Shown: positions 29,475 to 38,521 of the stretch, piece after piece | Numbering within the stretch: the first letter of the stretch is position 1 | How the letters are laid out: each line of letters opens with the position of its first letter | From: an uncultured Gemmatimonadales bacterium | GTDB lineage: Bacteria; Gemmatimonadota; Gemmatimonadetes; Longimicrobiales; RSA9 | Direction of reading: 5' to 3' | Length of the DNA stretch: 64,000 bases | Assembly (NCBI GenBank): GCA_963798085.1 | Contig: CAWCRS010000003.1 | Span: 576,001 to 640,000, forward strand | Program-made: the position numbers and the translations under genes | Notes under the pieces: model-generated | What the model was told of the DNA's origin: nothing | Database searches by the model: none | Seen by the model: the letters and a program-made list of their open reading frames with translations, nothing else

Positions 29475-30751
29475 GATATCCCCTCCGTGACTGTGAAGCG
29501 CGCTTCCTTCGCCGGGAAGGACACGGGCAGCGGATCGCGTGCGAGTCGCTGACTGCGCGCGGCCACCCGCAGCTCCACGATGAGTCGCACGAGCGCCGCT
29601 CGACACACGAACAGGATCAGGTCACGGCCCGGGCAGGCGCGCGGGCCGCGCAGGAACAGGTTGGATGCGGCGGCCGCCGCATCGGGCTGCGTCTCGAGCC
29701 AGCGCTCGGGGCGGAAATGGTGCACGGTCGGGCCGAGCGCGTCGTCGCGCTGGAGCAGCGGGAACCAGTGCACGTACTCGGTCTCGCCCTTCGACGTCTG
29801 TGCATGGTGGAAGGTGCGCGTGACCGGCGGGAACAGTCGACCGGTCTCGAGGATGCACGCGTTCAGGTACGGCAGGCGCTCGATGGACGCGGCGCGATCC
29901 GCCGGCCCCGCGCCCGCAATCTCCTCGCGCACGCGCCGTCGCACTTCCGCGCGCGACGTCACGAGCGCCAGCGTGCGCGCCAGCAGGTCCGTGCCCGATC
30001 CGGTGAACGTGAACATCCAGTGCGGAATCTGTTCGAGCAGTGCGTCGAGGCTGGTGCCGGGCGCCAGGGCGCGGGCGTGTGCAATCAGTGCAGGCGACGA
30101 TGCAGCTTCCGCCTCCCAGCACGCTTCCAGTGTGTCGTAGAGCCGGCGCCGCCGCTCGCGGTAGCGGAACCCGAGCAGCTTGCGGCGCATTGGCGACTGC
30201 ACGGCATCGAACAGGACGCGTACGTCCTCGGCCGGATCCACGCCCGCGGGTACGCTGCGGCCCAGCACGATAGGCACCATGGCGCGGCCCATGGCGGCGC
30301 GCAGGCCGTGCACATTCGTCACCGGCAGGGCGAACGCGGCACGCACGGCGTCCAGGTAGTGCTGCGCGGCCGGGTGAGCCTCGCCGGTGTGCAGGACGTG
30401 CTCGTTGAAGGGCCGCAGCTCGTGCCACGCCTCGCCATTGGCAATGGTGAGTGCGTGCGGCGCCAGGAAGCTCATCGCGCCGGTCTTGAGGCGCCCGGCC
30501 GTTGCACCCGCGGGCGAGGGTGGTGTGGAGAGGAGCGCGTCGGAACGCCCGCGATCGGCGACGATCTCGAACTCCGTGTTACCCAGCCTGAAGCCGGGAT
30601 CGCCGCCACGGTCCCGGCGCACCACATTGCGCAGCCAGTGACACAGTATCTCTCCGGTGTCGCGGGGCCGGCGCAGCAGGCCCGAGCCCAGGCGCGCGCC
30701 CAGGCGGACGACGTCGCCAGCTCCGATCCGTGCGCCACCGCCCTTCGCCAT
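29471..30751 (-). CDS. Cytochrome P450, atypical I-helix
   Basis: ETGR (ExxR), FRPERW, FLRGPRACPG heme-Cys motif. I-helix FTGSGTD. ATG one base after the peroxidase stop. Confidence 0.88.
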   Translation of the reverse strand: MAKGGGARIGAGDVVRLGARLGSGLLRRPRDTGEILCHWLRNVVRRDRGGDPGFRLGNTEFEIVADRGRSDALLSTPPSPAGATAGRLKTGAMSFLAPHALTIANGEAWHELRPFNEHVLHTGEAHPAAQHYLDAVRAAFALPVTNVHGLRAAMGRAMVPIVLGRSVPAGVDPAEDVRVLFDAVQSPMRRKLLGFRYRERRRRLYDTLEACWEAEAASSPALIAHARALAPGTSLDALLEQIPHWMFTFTGSGTDLLARTLALVTSRAEVRRRVREEIAGAGPADRAASIERLPYLNACILETGRLFPPVTRTFHHAQTSKGETEYVHWFPLLQRDDALGPTVHHFRPERWLETQPDAAAAASNLFLRGPRACPGRDLILFVCRAALVRLIVELRVAARSQRLARDPLPVSFPAKEARFTVTEGIS

Positions 30752-30752
30752 G

Positions 30753-33609
30753 TCAGCGGCCCTTGAAGGACGGATCCTGCTGTGCTTCCGCGCGAGCGCG
30801 CCAGCCAATGCCGTAGTAGCTGCCACGATCGCGCCCCCATGGATCGAAGGCGTTGATCACGCCTTTCAGCTCGGGCGCCAGCTCGGGCATGGTGCGCAGC
30901 AGGATGCGCTTCATGGGCGACACGACTTCCTCGTGTCCGTTGGGTTTGCCTGCCTCGTTCTCGACGTCCGGTCCGTTGTTGTTGACCCAGTCGACGCCCA
31001 GCTGCGAGTAGAACTCGGGCCGGAAGCTGGATGTGAAGAAGCGATCGCTGAAGAGGCGCCGCGACGCGTTGATGATGAAAACCGTGAACTGCGTCTCGGA
31101 GATGGCGAAGCCGTGCGGCCGCGTGGACTCGGCCAGCCAGCCCACCACGGTATCCAGGTCCTCGATGTTGTCCACCACGGTGCCATCGGGATGACCCAGG
31201 CAGTCGGTGACGAACTTGCCGTTCAGCTTCTGCGCGCCGGTGATCTGCTTCGAGTCGTCGCATCTGTGCGTGCCGTAGATCGCGCGCAGCTTCTGCACGT
31301 ACGCCTGTTCCCGCTGCTTCTCCGCCGATGTGTCGGGCAGGCTGACGTTGATGAAGTCATCGAAGCTGCTCAGGCTCTGCAGCCCGTACTGGCGGCGGAA
31401 CTCGTTGAAGCGGGGAATGCCGCGCTCGCGGTCGCGCAGGATGTCGAGTGCGGCCACATCCAGTTGATTCGTTCTGCTGTGCAGCCGCGGCATGGGCAGG
31501 TTCTGCAGGAACATGGGGTGATTGTCCAGCGTCAGCAGGCCCAGCCGCTGCCGGCCCATGGTAACAGCCCAGTTCGCGAGCCCGCCATCGTGCATGGCAT
31601 TGGTTGCCAGGCCGCGGAATGTGTTCACCACAGGCACCGGCTTCTCGACCTCGTTCGGTCTTCTGGTATTCGCGGAACTCGAGCAGGTCGGGCACCAGCG
31701 GGTGCAGGCGGTATACGGTGACGAACTCCTCCGGGAAATTGAAGGGCGAGCCGAAGTGGTTCACACCGCGATTCAGGTCCTTCGGCTGTCCGGCATTCCA
31801 GCGGCGTTCTGGCTGCCCAGGCCGAAGATGCCGGCGCCCGATGCGAACACGGAGTACCACAGGGTCTCGTCGCGTTCGTTGAAGGACTGTCCGAAGTGCT
31901 GCACGGCGGCCTTCTCGAGTGCGCGTGACACGCTGTTATCGCCGCGCACCAGGCCGTGCCAGTTCGCGTTCATGGCGCTGGTAGAGCGGCTCGTCGTAGA
32001 GCAGCTGCGTGGTCCATTCGATGGTGTGGATCTTGGCGATCTCCGCCGCCACCACCAGCCGCGCCACCTCGAACAGCTCGTCGGCGACTGACATCGCGGT
32101 AGCGGATCACGGAATCGGGACGCGCGGGGTCGCGCAGTCCGCAGTCCGCGTCCGGACTGGCCGACGTCCGCCTGCGGAACTCATCGACGAAGAGATTGTG
32201 CTCGCGCGAGAAGACATTGTGCAGGAAGCTCAGGCCGATCGACCAGTTGTCCGGAAACGCCACCGATTCCTGCCCGGCCCACGCGGGATGGATCGGGATC
32301 CGCGGCGGCGAACAACGGCAGGTAGCCCTGCTGGTCGCCGGCCGCATCGTGACCCGGCAGCTGCACCATCAGCAGCTTCGCGGGATCGTTGGGGTCGCGC
32401 TTCACGCGCAGCGCGGAGCGATCGCTGTAGCCATAGATCTGCGAGGCGTCCCACCACGCGGTGTTGCTGTTGCGCGTGGTCTGGTACGCGCGCGCGAGGT
32501 ACGTGCACGTTGTCCTTCTGGAACGTCGGGCGGCGCGTGTCGTGTCGGCCGATCAGCGCCGCGTCCATGCGGTCATCGGGACGGCAGCCGAGCTGGGCGA
32601 TCTCCGCTTGCGTCAGCGGCGCGCTGCGCCCCGTTGTCCAGCTTTGCCGCGCAGCCGACCGCCATCCATGCGCCGGCGCATTCTGTCCCTCGTCGAGGTG
32701 CGAGAACCAGTCGTGCGTCATGAACTGGATCCAGAACGCCGCAAGCACGTTGAAGAACGGCGCCTTCATGTAGTCGCAGTGGGCGTCGGCGGCCGCGTCC
32801 TGCCCGTTCTGGCACTGCGCCGCAGCGCGACTGCTGGCGCGTGAACAGCTCGCGGCTGATGACTGCGGGTCCGGCTTCAGCAGACCGATGCCGGTCGCCG
32901 TGGCGGTTGCGCACGAGCTCGGTCGCGGCCGAGCAGCGGGAAGGTCTCCTCGAACTGCACGTTGCGCGCGAACAGGTGTTCGGTGGAACCCATCAGCGGA
33001 TTGAGGATGTCATTGCAGATGCCGGTCAGGGTACGGTAGCGGATCAGCTCGCCGCCGCAGACCTGCTCGCTGGCCGCGCCGCCCACCTCCGATAGTGCGG
33101 ATTGTCCGGCGGCAGTCGCATCGCCGGCCAGACCTTCACGGAGCGCCCGGGCGACGCCGTCGCGGCCGTTCACATAGGCCTGAAATGTGTAGTTGTCGAA
33201 CAGGTTGAACTTGAGCAGCTCCATGCGCTGGTACTCGAGGTCGAGCAGGGCGCCATCGACGCCGCGGCCGTCGGGCGAGACCGCCCGAGACGGCGAGAGC
33301 CAGGTCATGAAGACGTGATGACGCATCGCCGGCGCCCCAGTAGTGGCTCCAGTCGACCCACGGCGTCTGCCGGTTGGCCAGCGCGCCCGAGCCGCCGCGG
33401 CAGCGCGCCGTGAACTCCTTCACCTTGCCCAGGAAACGGTCTTCGCGTTTCTCCGCTACCGTACGGAATCCCGCTCGTACCAGCGTGTAGCACGAGCCCA
33501 GCGAGTGCACCTCCTCACGCACGTTGCGCGATGCTGCGTAGAGCAGCACAGGCACCGCCAGCAGAATGAGGATGACTACACCGAGATTCCGCCAGGTGGT
33601 ACGCTTCAT
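30753..33609 (-). CDS. Peroxidase-cyclooxygenase superfamily heme enzyme, fatty-acid alpha-dioxygenase-like; many frameshifts
   Basis: Reconstructed across frames: YRTLTGICND..NPLMGS, FARNV, WIQFMTHDW, NTAWWDASQIYG, FSREHN, KIHTIEWT, EEFVTVYRLHPL, RDRERGIPRFNEFRR, GFAISET, SRRLFSDRFFT. N-terminal TM/signal; AAGGAG RBS. Confidence 0.88.
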
Positions 33610-33733
33610 GGGTGGATTCTCCTTGCTGTGGAACGACGGCCGTGCCGTTGACAGTGCTGTCCTGGTCCGTCGAGGCCGCGGCGCCGAGGGCGGACGCTGA
33701 ACTTTGAAGGAGGCTGCTGCCAGTGGGGAGTGA

Positions 33734-33787
33734 ATCATTGAGCGGCTGACAGCCGCTGTCAACGTCCACCTGCGTCGCCTGTCAACG
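33734..33787 (-). promoter_or_regulatory. Candidate promoter/operator region of the heme-enzyme operon
   Basis: Minus-strand TTGACA (33762-33757)-N17-AATGAT. Palindrome TGACAG-CCG-CTGTCA at 33747-33761. CTGTCAACG repeated. Confidence 0.5.
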
Positions 33788-33983
33788 CACAGTTGGAGAT
33801 GTTGCGCTGTTTCCGCCCGGATTCACCCCGTCCTGATCGCGCAAAGCACCGGGCTGTCAGGTCAGCAGGCGAGGACGGTTCGCGAAATGTGCAGTCAGGC
33901 AGGGCGCTTGCGGACCTCGGCCGGTGAAGGCACTGCGCGCGGGCGCCGGCGGAAACGTCAATGAACGGACGGCGCCGTGGATG

Positions 33984-35057
33984 TCAGGATGGCGTGTGGC
34001 CGTTCGCCTCCTCCCATGCCCGGCGCACGGCTTCGCCGGTGAAGAAGTCCCAGTAGCGAGCGCTCACGTCGTCGTTCACGAACCACGCACGCTGAGCCGA
34101 GAGGTCCACACGCTTGCGTGTGTCGTCGAGATTGAGGTGATCGCGGGTCGCGGCGTCCACCGCCGTGACGATCGCGCCCACCAGTGCCTGGACGTGCTGC
34201 AGATGCTCCAGCGCCGCGCCGCCTTCGCGCACCGCGCCGTGACCGGGAATGATGGCCTTGAAGCCGAGCTGCTGGAACGCTCGCAGTGTTTCCAGCTCGG
34301 CGTGCGGCGAGCCATCGCCCAGGTAGGGCAGATCATCGAGCAGGTCACCCGTGATCAGGATCTTCTCGGCGGGCAGCCACACCACGAGGTCGCCGCGCGT
34401 GTGCCCTGCGAAGTGAAGCAGTCGGACTTCCCGCCCGTCCCGCAGCGTCAGCGTGTCGCCCACCGTCCGTGTCGGCAGGACGAAGCCATGCACGGCCTGA
34501 ATGCGGGCGAGGTAGGCCCTGCGCCGGTCGACGCGGCCGCGCAGCTGTTCCTTCTGCGCTTCGCTGAGCCGCTTCCCATCCGCCTGACCGCTGGCCAGCG
34601 CCGCATTGGCCAGTGCCAGCCACTCGGGAATGTCCTTCAGCTCCTTCTCGTGATCGGGGATCGCGCGCGTTTCCATGTCTTCGCGCACGCTCTCCTGCGC
34701 GATGAACTCGGCATCGGGGAACGCGTCGCGATAGACTTCGTTGCCCTGCACGTGGTCGCCGTGAAAGTGCGTGTTGACCACCCAGCGCACGGGCTTGTCC
34801 GTGATCTCGCGCACCCTCGCCAGCACCTCGCGCGCACCCGCTGGCGAGTTCTGCGTGTCCACGATCAGCACACCGTCGGACAGCACGATAACAGCCGAGT
34901 TCGCGTCGTCAATGCGCAGCGCCGCGGGCTGCAGCACCGCGTACACGCCGTCCGCCACCTTGCGCACGGACATCGCCGTCTGGGCTGCGGCGGGAGCACA
35001 CCACAGGACGGAGAGGCTGAGAGCAGCGGCGACAGAGCGGGGGTAGCGGCTCGCCAT
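33984..35057 (-). CDS. Secreted metallo-beta-lactamase-fold hydrolase (cyclase-like)
   Basis: Signal peptide; NTHFHGDH, GHTRGD, TGDL, IIPGHG. Confidence 0.88.
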   Translation of the reverse strand: MASRYPRSVAAALSLSVLWCAPAAAQTAMSVRKVADGVYAVLQPAALRIDDANSAVIVLSDGVLIVDTQNSPAGAREVLARVREITDKPVRWVVNTHFHGDHVQGNEVYRDAFPDAEFIAQESVREDMETRAIPDHEKELKDIPEWLALANAALASGQADGKRLSEAQKEQLRGRVDRRRAYLARIQAVHGFVLPTRTVGDTLTLRDGREVRLLHFAGHTRGDLVVWLPAEKILITGDLLDDLPYLGDGSPHAELETLRAFQQLGFKAIIPGHGAVREGGAALEHLQHVQALVGAIVTAVDAATRDHLNLDDTRKRVDLSAQRAWFVNDDVSARYWDFFTGEAVRRAWEEANGHTPS

Positions 35058-35186
35058 GGCGGGCTCCCGTTGCAGGCGGTGAACAGCGTGTGCGGAGCAG
35101 GCGACGACGCCGCGTCACCGCTTCGTCGATCCTGCCACGCAACGCTTGTGACGGGAACCGTCACCGGCAAGCCACCGCGGGACGGA

Positions 35187-37817
35187 CTACTCCGCCTTGA
35201 GGACGTGTACCGGGTCTGTGCGGGCGGCGCGGTGCGCGGGCAGCCGCGAGGCCAGCGCCGCCACGACGAGCATGATCGTGATGACGAGGGCGAGAGACAC
35301 GGGGTCGCCGGGCTGCACACCGAAGAGCAGGCTGCGCATCAGCCGGGAGAGCGCCAGCCCCGAAGGCACACCAATGACGACGCCGGCCGCGGCCGCCAGC
35401 AGGCCCTGCCGCAGGAACAGCCCTTCCACGCCACGACGCTGCGCGCCCAGCGCCATGCGGATGCCCACTTCGCGGCGCCGCTGGATCACCGCGTACGACA
35501 GCACGCCGTAGATGCCGATGGCGGCGAGCACGAGCGCGGCCGCGGAGAGTGTGAGCATGATGCCGGTGAGAAAGCGTGGTTGCGCGATGCTCTGCGACAG
35601 CCCGGCGAGCACCGGCTCGAGTCGAGAGATCGGAAGTGCGGGATCGAGCCGGCGTACGACATCACGAATGACGCCCGGGGTCGCATTGCCTTTCAGCCGG
35701 ACGCCTGCAGACGCATAGGATGGCGCCGACGCAGGATTGCGCGGTCGGATCACGGCATAGGGGGCGCGCCGATCGTCCAGGCCATCCAGCGTCATGTGCC
35801 GGAAGACACCCACCACCGTATACCACGGCGCTCGCTCCGAATCGCGGAACCGCTTGCCGATGGCATTGCCCTGCCAGAGCAACCTCGCCAGCCGGTCATC
35901 GATCAGGGCGTCGGGCGTACCGTAGTCCGCGGCGGTGAGGTCGCGTCCCGCCAGCAGATGGCCGCCGATCGTGGGCAGGTAGTCCGGAGCCGCGGATATT
36001 ACCGGCAGCAGCATTTCCGGATCGCCGGGCAGCGCCGGCATGCCTTCGGCCTGCAGTGCGATGTCGAAGCGGAAGCCGACGTGCGGCGGAATCCCATTGG
36101 CCACGGTTGCAGACGCCACGCCGCGCGCGCTCTCCAGCTCGGTCTCCAGCCGCTGCATGAACGCCCCGCGTGCTGCCGGCGATGCGTAGCGTGATTCCGG
36201 GAGGCTGAGAGACAGCACGTACAGGCGAGCGGGTTCGAAGCCCGTGTCGTTGCCCATCAGGCGTACCAGGCTGCGCCCCAGCAACCCGGCGGTTGCCAGC
36301 AGCGCCACCGCCAGTGCGACTTCGGCAATGGACAGCAGCTGGTGCAGGCGGGCATCGCGGCGAGTCACGTTCCTCGCCGTGCGCAGGTCGAGTCCCGGAC
36401 GGGGACGCAGCACCCGCCAGCCGGGAAGCATGCCCAGTACTGTGCCGGCCGCAATCGCGATCAGGAATGCGAACAGCAGTACGCGCTGCTCGATGCGGAA
36501 CGAATAGACGGAGGAAAACGCGAATTCGTCGGGCAGCAGCCGGTTCAGTCCTCTAACCGCGAGTTGCGCCAGCAGCATGGCGCACAGGCCGCTCGCCAGC
36601 CCCAGCAGCCAGCCCTCCACCAGCAGCTGGCGCAGCAGGCGCAGGGTGCCGGCGCCGAGCGCGCGGCGCACGGCCAGCTCCGCCGCGCGATCCGCCGCGC
36701 GGAAGAGCACCAGATTCACGCCGTTCGTGAGCGCAATCAGCAGCATGAGCAGCACGCCGGCGCCCAGCAGCCACACGCCGCGCTTCAGGTCCGGATTGGC
36801 GCGCCACTTGCCCACCGGCTCCAGCGCCACGCGCCAGCCGTGCTCGCCTTGCGATTCCCGTCCCAGCGCGCTGGCCAGCGCATCCATGCGCTGCTGCACC
36901 TCCCCCAGCGTGTGGCCGTCAGCCAGCCTCGCCACCACGCCGAATCGCTCGCGTCCGGTCAATGCCAGATCACTGCCCAGCGCGAGCCACAGCGCAGGCG
37001 GTGTTCCCGCTACCGGGAACTTGAAGTCGCGCGGCAGTACGCCGACGATCTCCCAGGGCTCGCCATCCAGCCGCACCGTGGTCCCGATGACATTTGTGTT
37101 AGCACCCAGCCGCTGCCAGTACGGGTAGCTCAGCAGGGCGCGGCGCACGCCCGGCCGGGCATCCGCTTCGTCGAACGTGCGGCCCAGGCGGGCGTGCATG
37201 CCCAGCAGCTCGTCCAGCCCGTGCGACACCGCTATCGCCTGCAGTTCCTCAGGCTCCGTGCCATCCGTGCGCGCCACCGACGCCTGCTGGTAGAACGCGA
37301 ACGGGCTCAGCTGATCCACCGCGTGATCCAGCCGGTCGATCTGATCACGGAACAGAAAGGGAACGTACCCGCCACCCTCCAGCGCCGCGTTCAACGTCAC
37401 CAGCTGATCCGCAGCACGGAACGGCAGCGGCCGCAGCAGCAGCGCATCCAGGATGGTGAACACCGCAGCCGCGGCACCCATGCCCAGACCCAGCGTCGCG
37501 ATCACGGTGACGGCGAATGCCGGCGAGCGGCGCAGCCCGCGCAGACCGTACCGCACATCGGCGCGCAGCGAGACGAGCCATTCGCGCAGCCGCGTACGGC
37601 GCTCGCGTGAACGCGTCACACTCAGCATTTCCGAGCGGAAGCGTGTCAGATCGCCGAAACGACGCCCCGCTTCCGCGCGCGCCGCCGCCTCCGTCCAGCC
37701 GTTTGCCACGAGGCGGTCCGTCAGCTCGTCAATGTGATGCCGGATCTCCAGGTCCACCGCACGCGTCGCATCATCGTGCAGCGGCGCCGGCGATTGCGCG
37801 CCTCGCCCGGGCTTCAC
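35187..37817 (-). CDS. ADOP-like orphan ABC permease with permease-prefix domain
   Basis: EIRHHIDELTDRLVANGWTEAAARAEAGRRFGD prefix, DVRYGLRGLRRSPAF, GIYGVLSY..RRREVGIRMALGA. GTGA overlap with PadR. Confidence 0.93.
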   Translation of the reverse strand: MKPGRGAQSPAPLHDDATRAVDLEIRHHIDELTDRLVANGWTEAAARAEAGRRFGDLTRFRSEMLSVTRSRERRTRLREWLVSLRADVRYGLRGLRRSPAFAVTVIATLGLGMGAAAAVFTILDALLLRPLPFRAADQLVTLNAALEGGGYVPFLFRDQIDRLDHAVDQLSPFAFYQQASVARTDGTEPEELQAIAVSHGLDELLGMHARLGRTFDEADARPGVRRALLSYPYWQRLGANTNVIGTTVRLDGEPWEIVGVLPRDFKFPVAGTPPALWLALGSDLALTGRERFGVVARLADGHTLGEVQQRMDALASALGRESQGEHGWRVALEPVGKWRANPDLKRGVWLLGAGVLLMLLIALTNGVNLVLFRAADRAAELAVRRALGAGTLRLLRQLLVEGWLLGLASGLCAMLLAQLAVRGLNRLLPDEFAFSSVYSFRIEQRVLLFAFLIAIAAGTVLGMLPGWRVLRPRPGLDLRTARNVTRRDARLHQLLSIAEVALAVALLATAGLLGRSLVRLMGNDTGFEPARLYVLSLSLPESRYASPAARGAFMQRLETELESARGVASATVANGIPPHVGFRFDIALQAEGMPALPGDPEMLLPVISAAPDYLPTIGGHLLAGRDLTAADYGTPDALIDDRLARLLWQGNAIGKRFRDSERAPWYTVVGVFRHMTLDGLDDRRAPYAVIRPRNPASAPSYASAGVRLKGNATPGVIRDVVRRLDPALPISRLEPVLAGLSQSIAQPRFLTGIMLTLSAAALVLAAIGIYGVLSYAVIQRRREVGIRMALGAQRRGVEGLFLRQGLLAAAAGVVIGVPSGLALSRLMRSLLFGVQPGDPVSLALVITIMLVVAALASRLPAHRAARTDPVHVLKAE

Positions 37818-38185
37818 GACGCCTGCCCCTGCGCCGCCACCTTCGCGACGGCCGCGACGTAGCGCTGCCAGTCGTCCTGCGCTTTCGTCAGTGCCCGCCG
37901 CCCGGCCGCTGACAGCCGGTAGTACTTCGCGCGCCGCCCCCGCTCCGACACGGCCCAGTCGCCTGACACCCAGCCTCGCCGTTCCAGCCGGTGCAGCGCG
38001 GGATAGAGCGCACCCTCCTCCACCACCAGCTCATCCTGCGTCGCCTCGCGGATCGCATCCAGGATCTCGAAGCCGTGCAGCTCGCCCCGGCCGCCCAGTG
38101 TCTGCAGCAGCAGCAGTTCCAGTGTCCCGGCCAGCAGATTCATGCGACGCACCATGGGGCTGCGCTCCGTGTTCCGTGCGCTCAT
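37814..38185 (-). CDS. PadR family transcriptional regulator (start may be 38155 or 38143)
   Basis: GTLELLLL...HGFEI...EEGALYPALHRLE...RRAKYYRL. Confidence 0.93.
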   Translation of the reverse strand: MSARNTERSPMVRRMNLLAGTLELLLLQTLGGRGELHGFEILDAIREATQDELVVEEGALYPALHRLERRGWVSGDWAVSERGRRAKYYRLSAAGRRALTKAQDDWQRYVAAVAKVAAQGQAS

Positions 38186-38240
38186 TGACCTAAACGACTC
38201 AGGGCAACGCCAGACTAATGACCTTACTCGTTTAGGTCAA
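38186..38240 (-). promoter_or_regulatory. padR promoter flanked by two palindromic operators
   Basis: Minus-strand TTGACC (38240-38235)-N17-TAGTCT (38217-38212). TGACCT-N9-AGGTCA at 38219-38239 and TGACCT-N9-AGGGCA at 38186-38206. Confidence 0.75.
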
Positions 38241-38521
38241 GAGCCGCGACGCGAAGGACCGCACGCACGGTACCCATGAGACTGGCCCCGTGTCAGGGGC
38301 CTGGGCTCTGCGGAGCGCCGTCCGGCTGCAATGGCTGACGCGGAGACAATGCGGGAACAACCGGAAGCAGCGGAACCAATGGCGGCGCCGCCTCGGCCGC
38401 CGTGTCGATAACCTGGCGTTATGGGTTATTCGGCGCGGTGCGGTGAACCCCGGGGCGAGTTGCGGCGCCAGCCGCTGGACACGGCTGTGCGTGTGCGGGA
38501 AGCGCACTGGCGGTGCTGCTG

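Noticed and set aside
30740..30830. True DOX-P450 fusion as in fungal Ppo enzymes
   Set aside because: DOX ends in an in-frame TGA after a plausible C-terminus, and the P450 has its own ATG. Treated as two genes.
33924..36194. Long plus-strand ORFs (756 aa here; similarly 57979-59934 and 60278-62011)
   Set aside because: They are antisense shadows of well-supported genes in high-GC DNA and carry no motifs.
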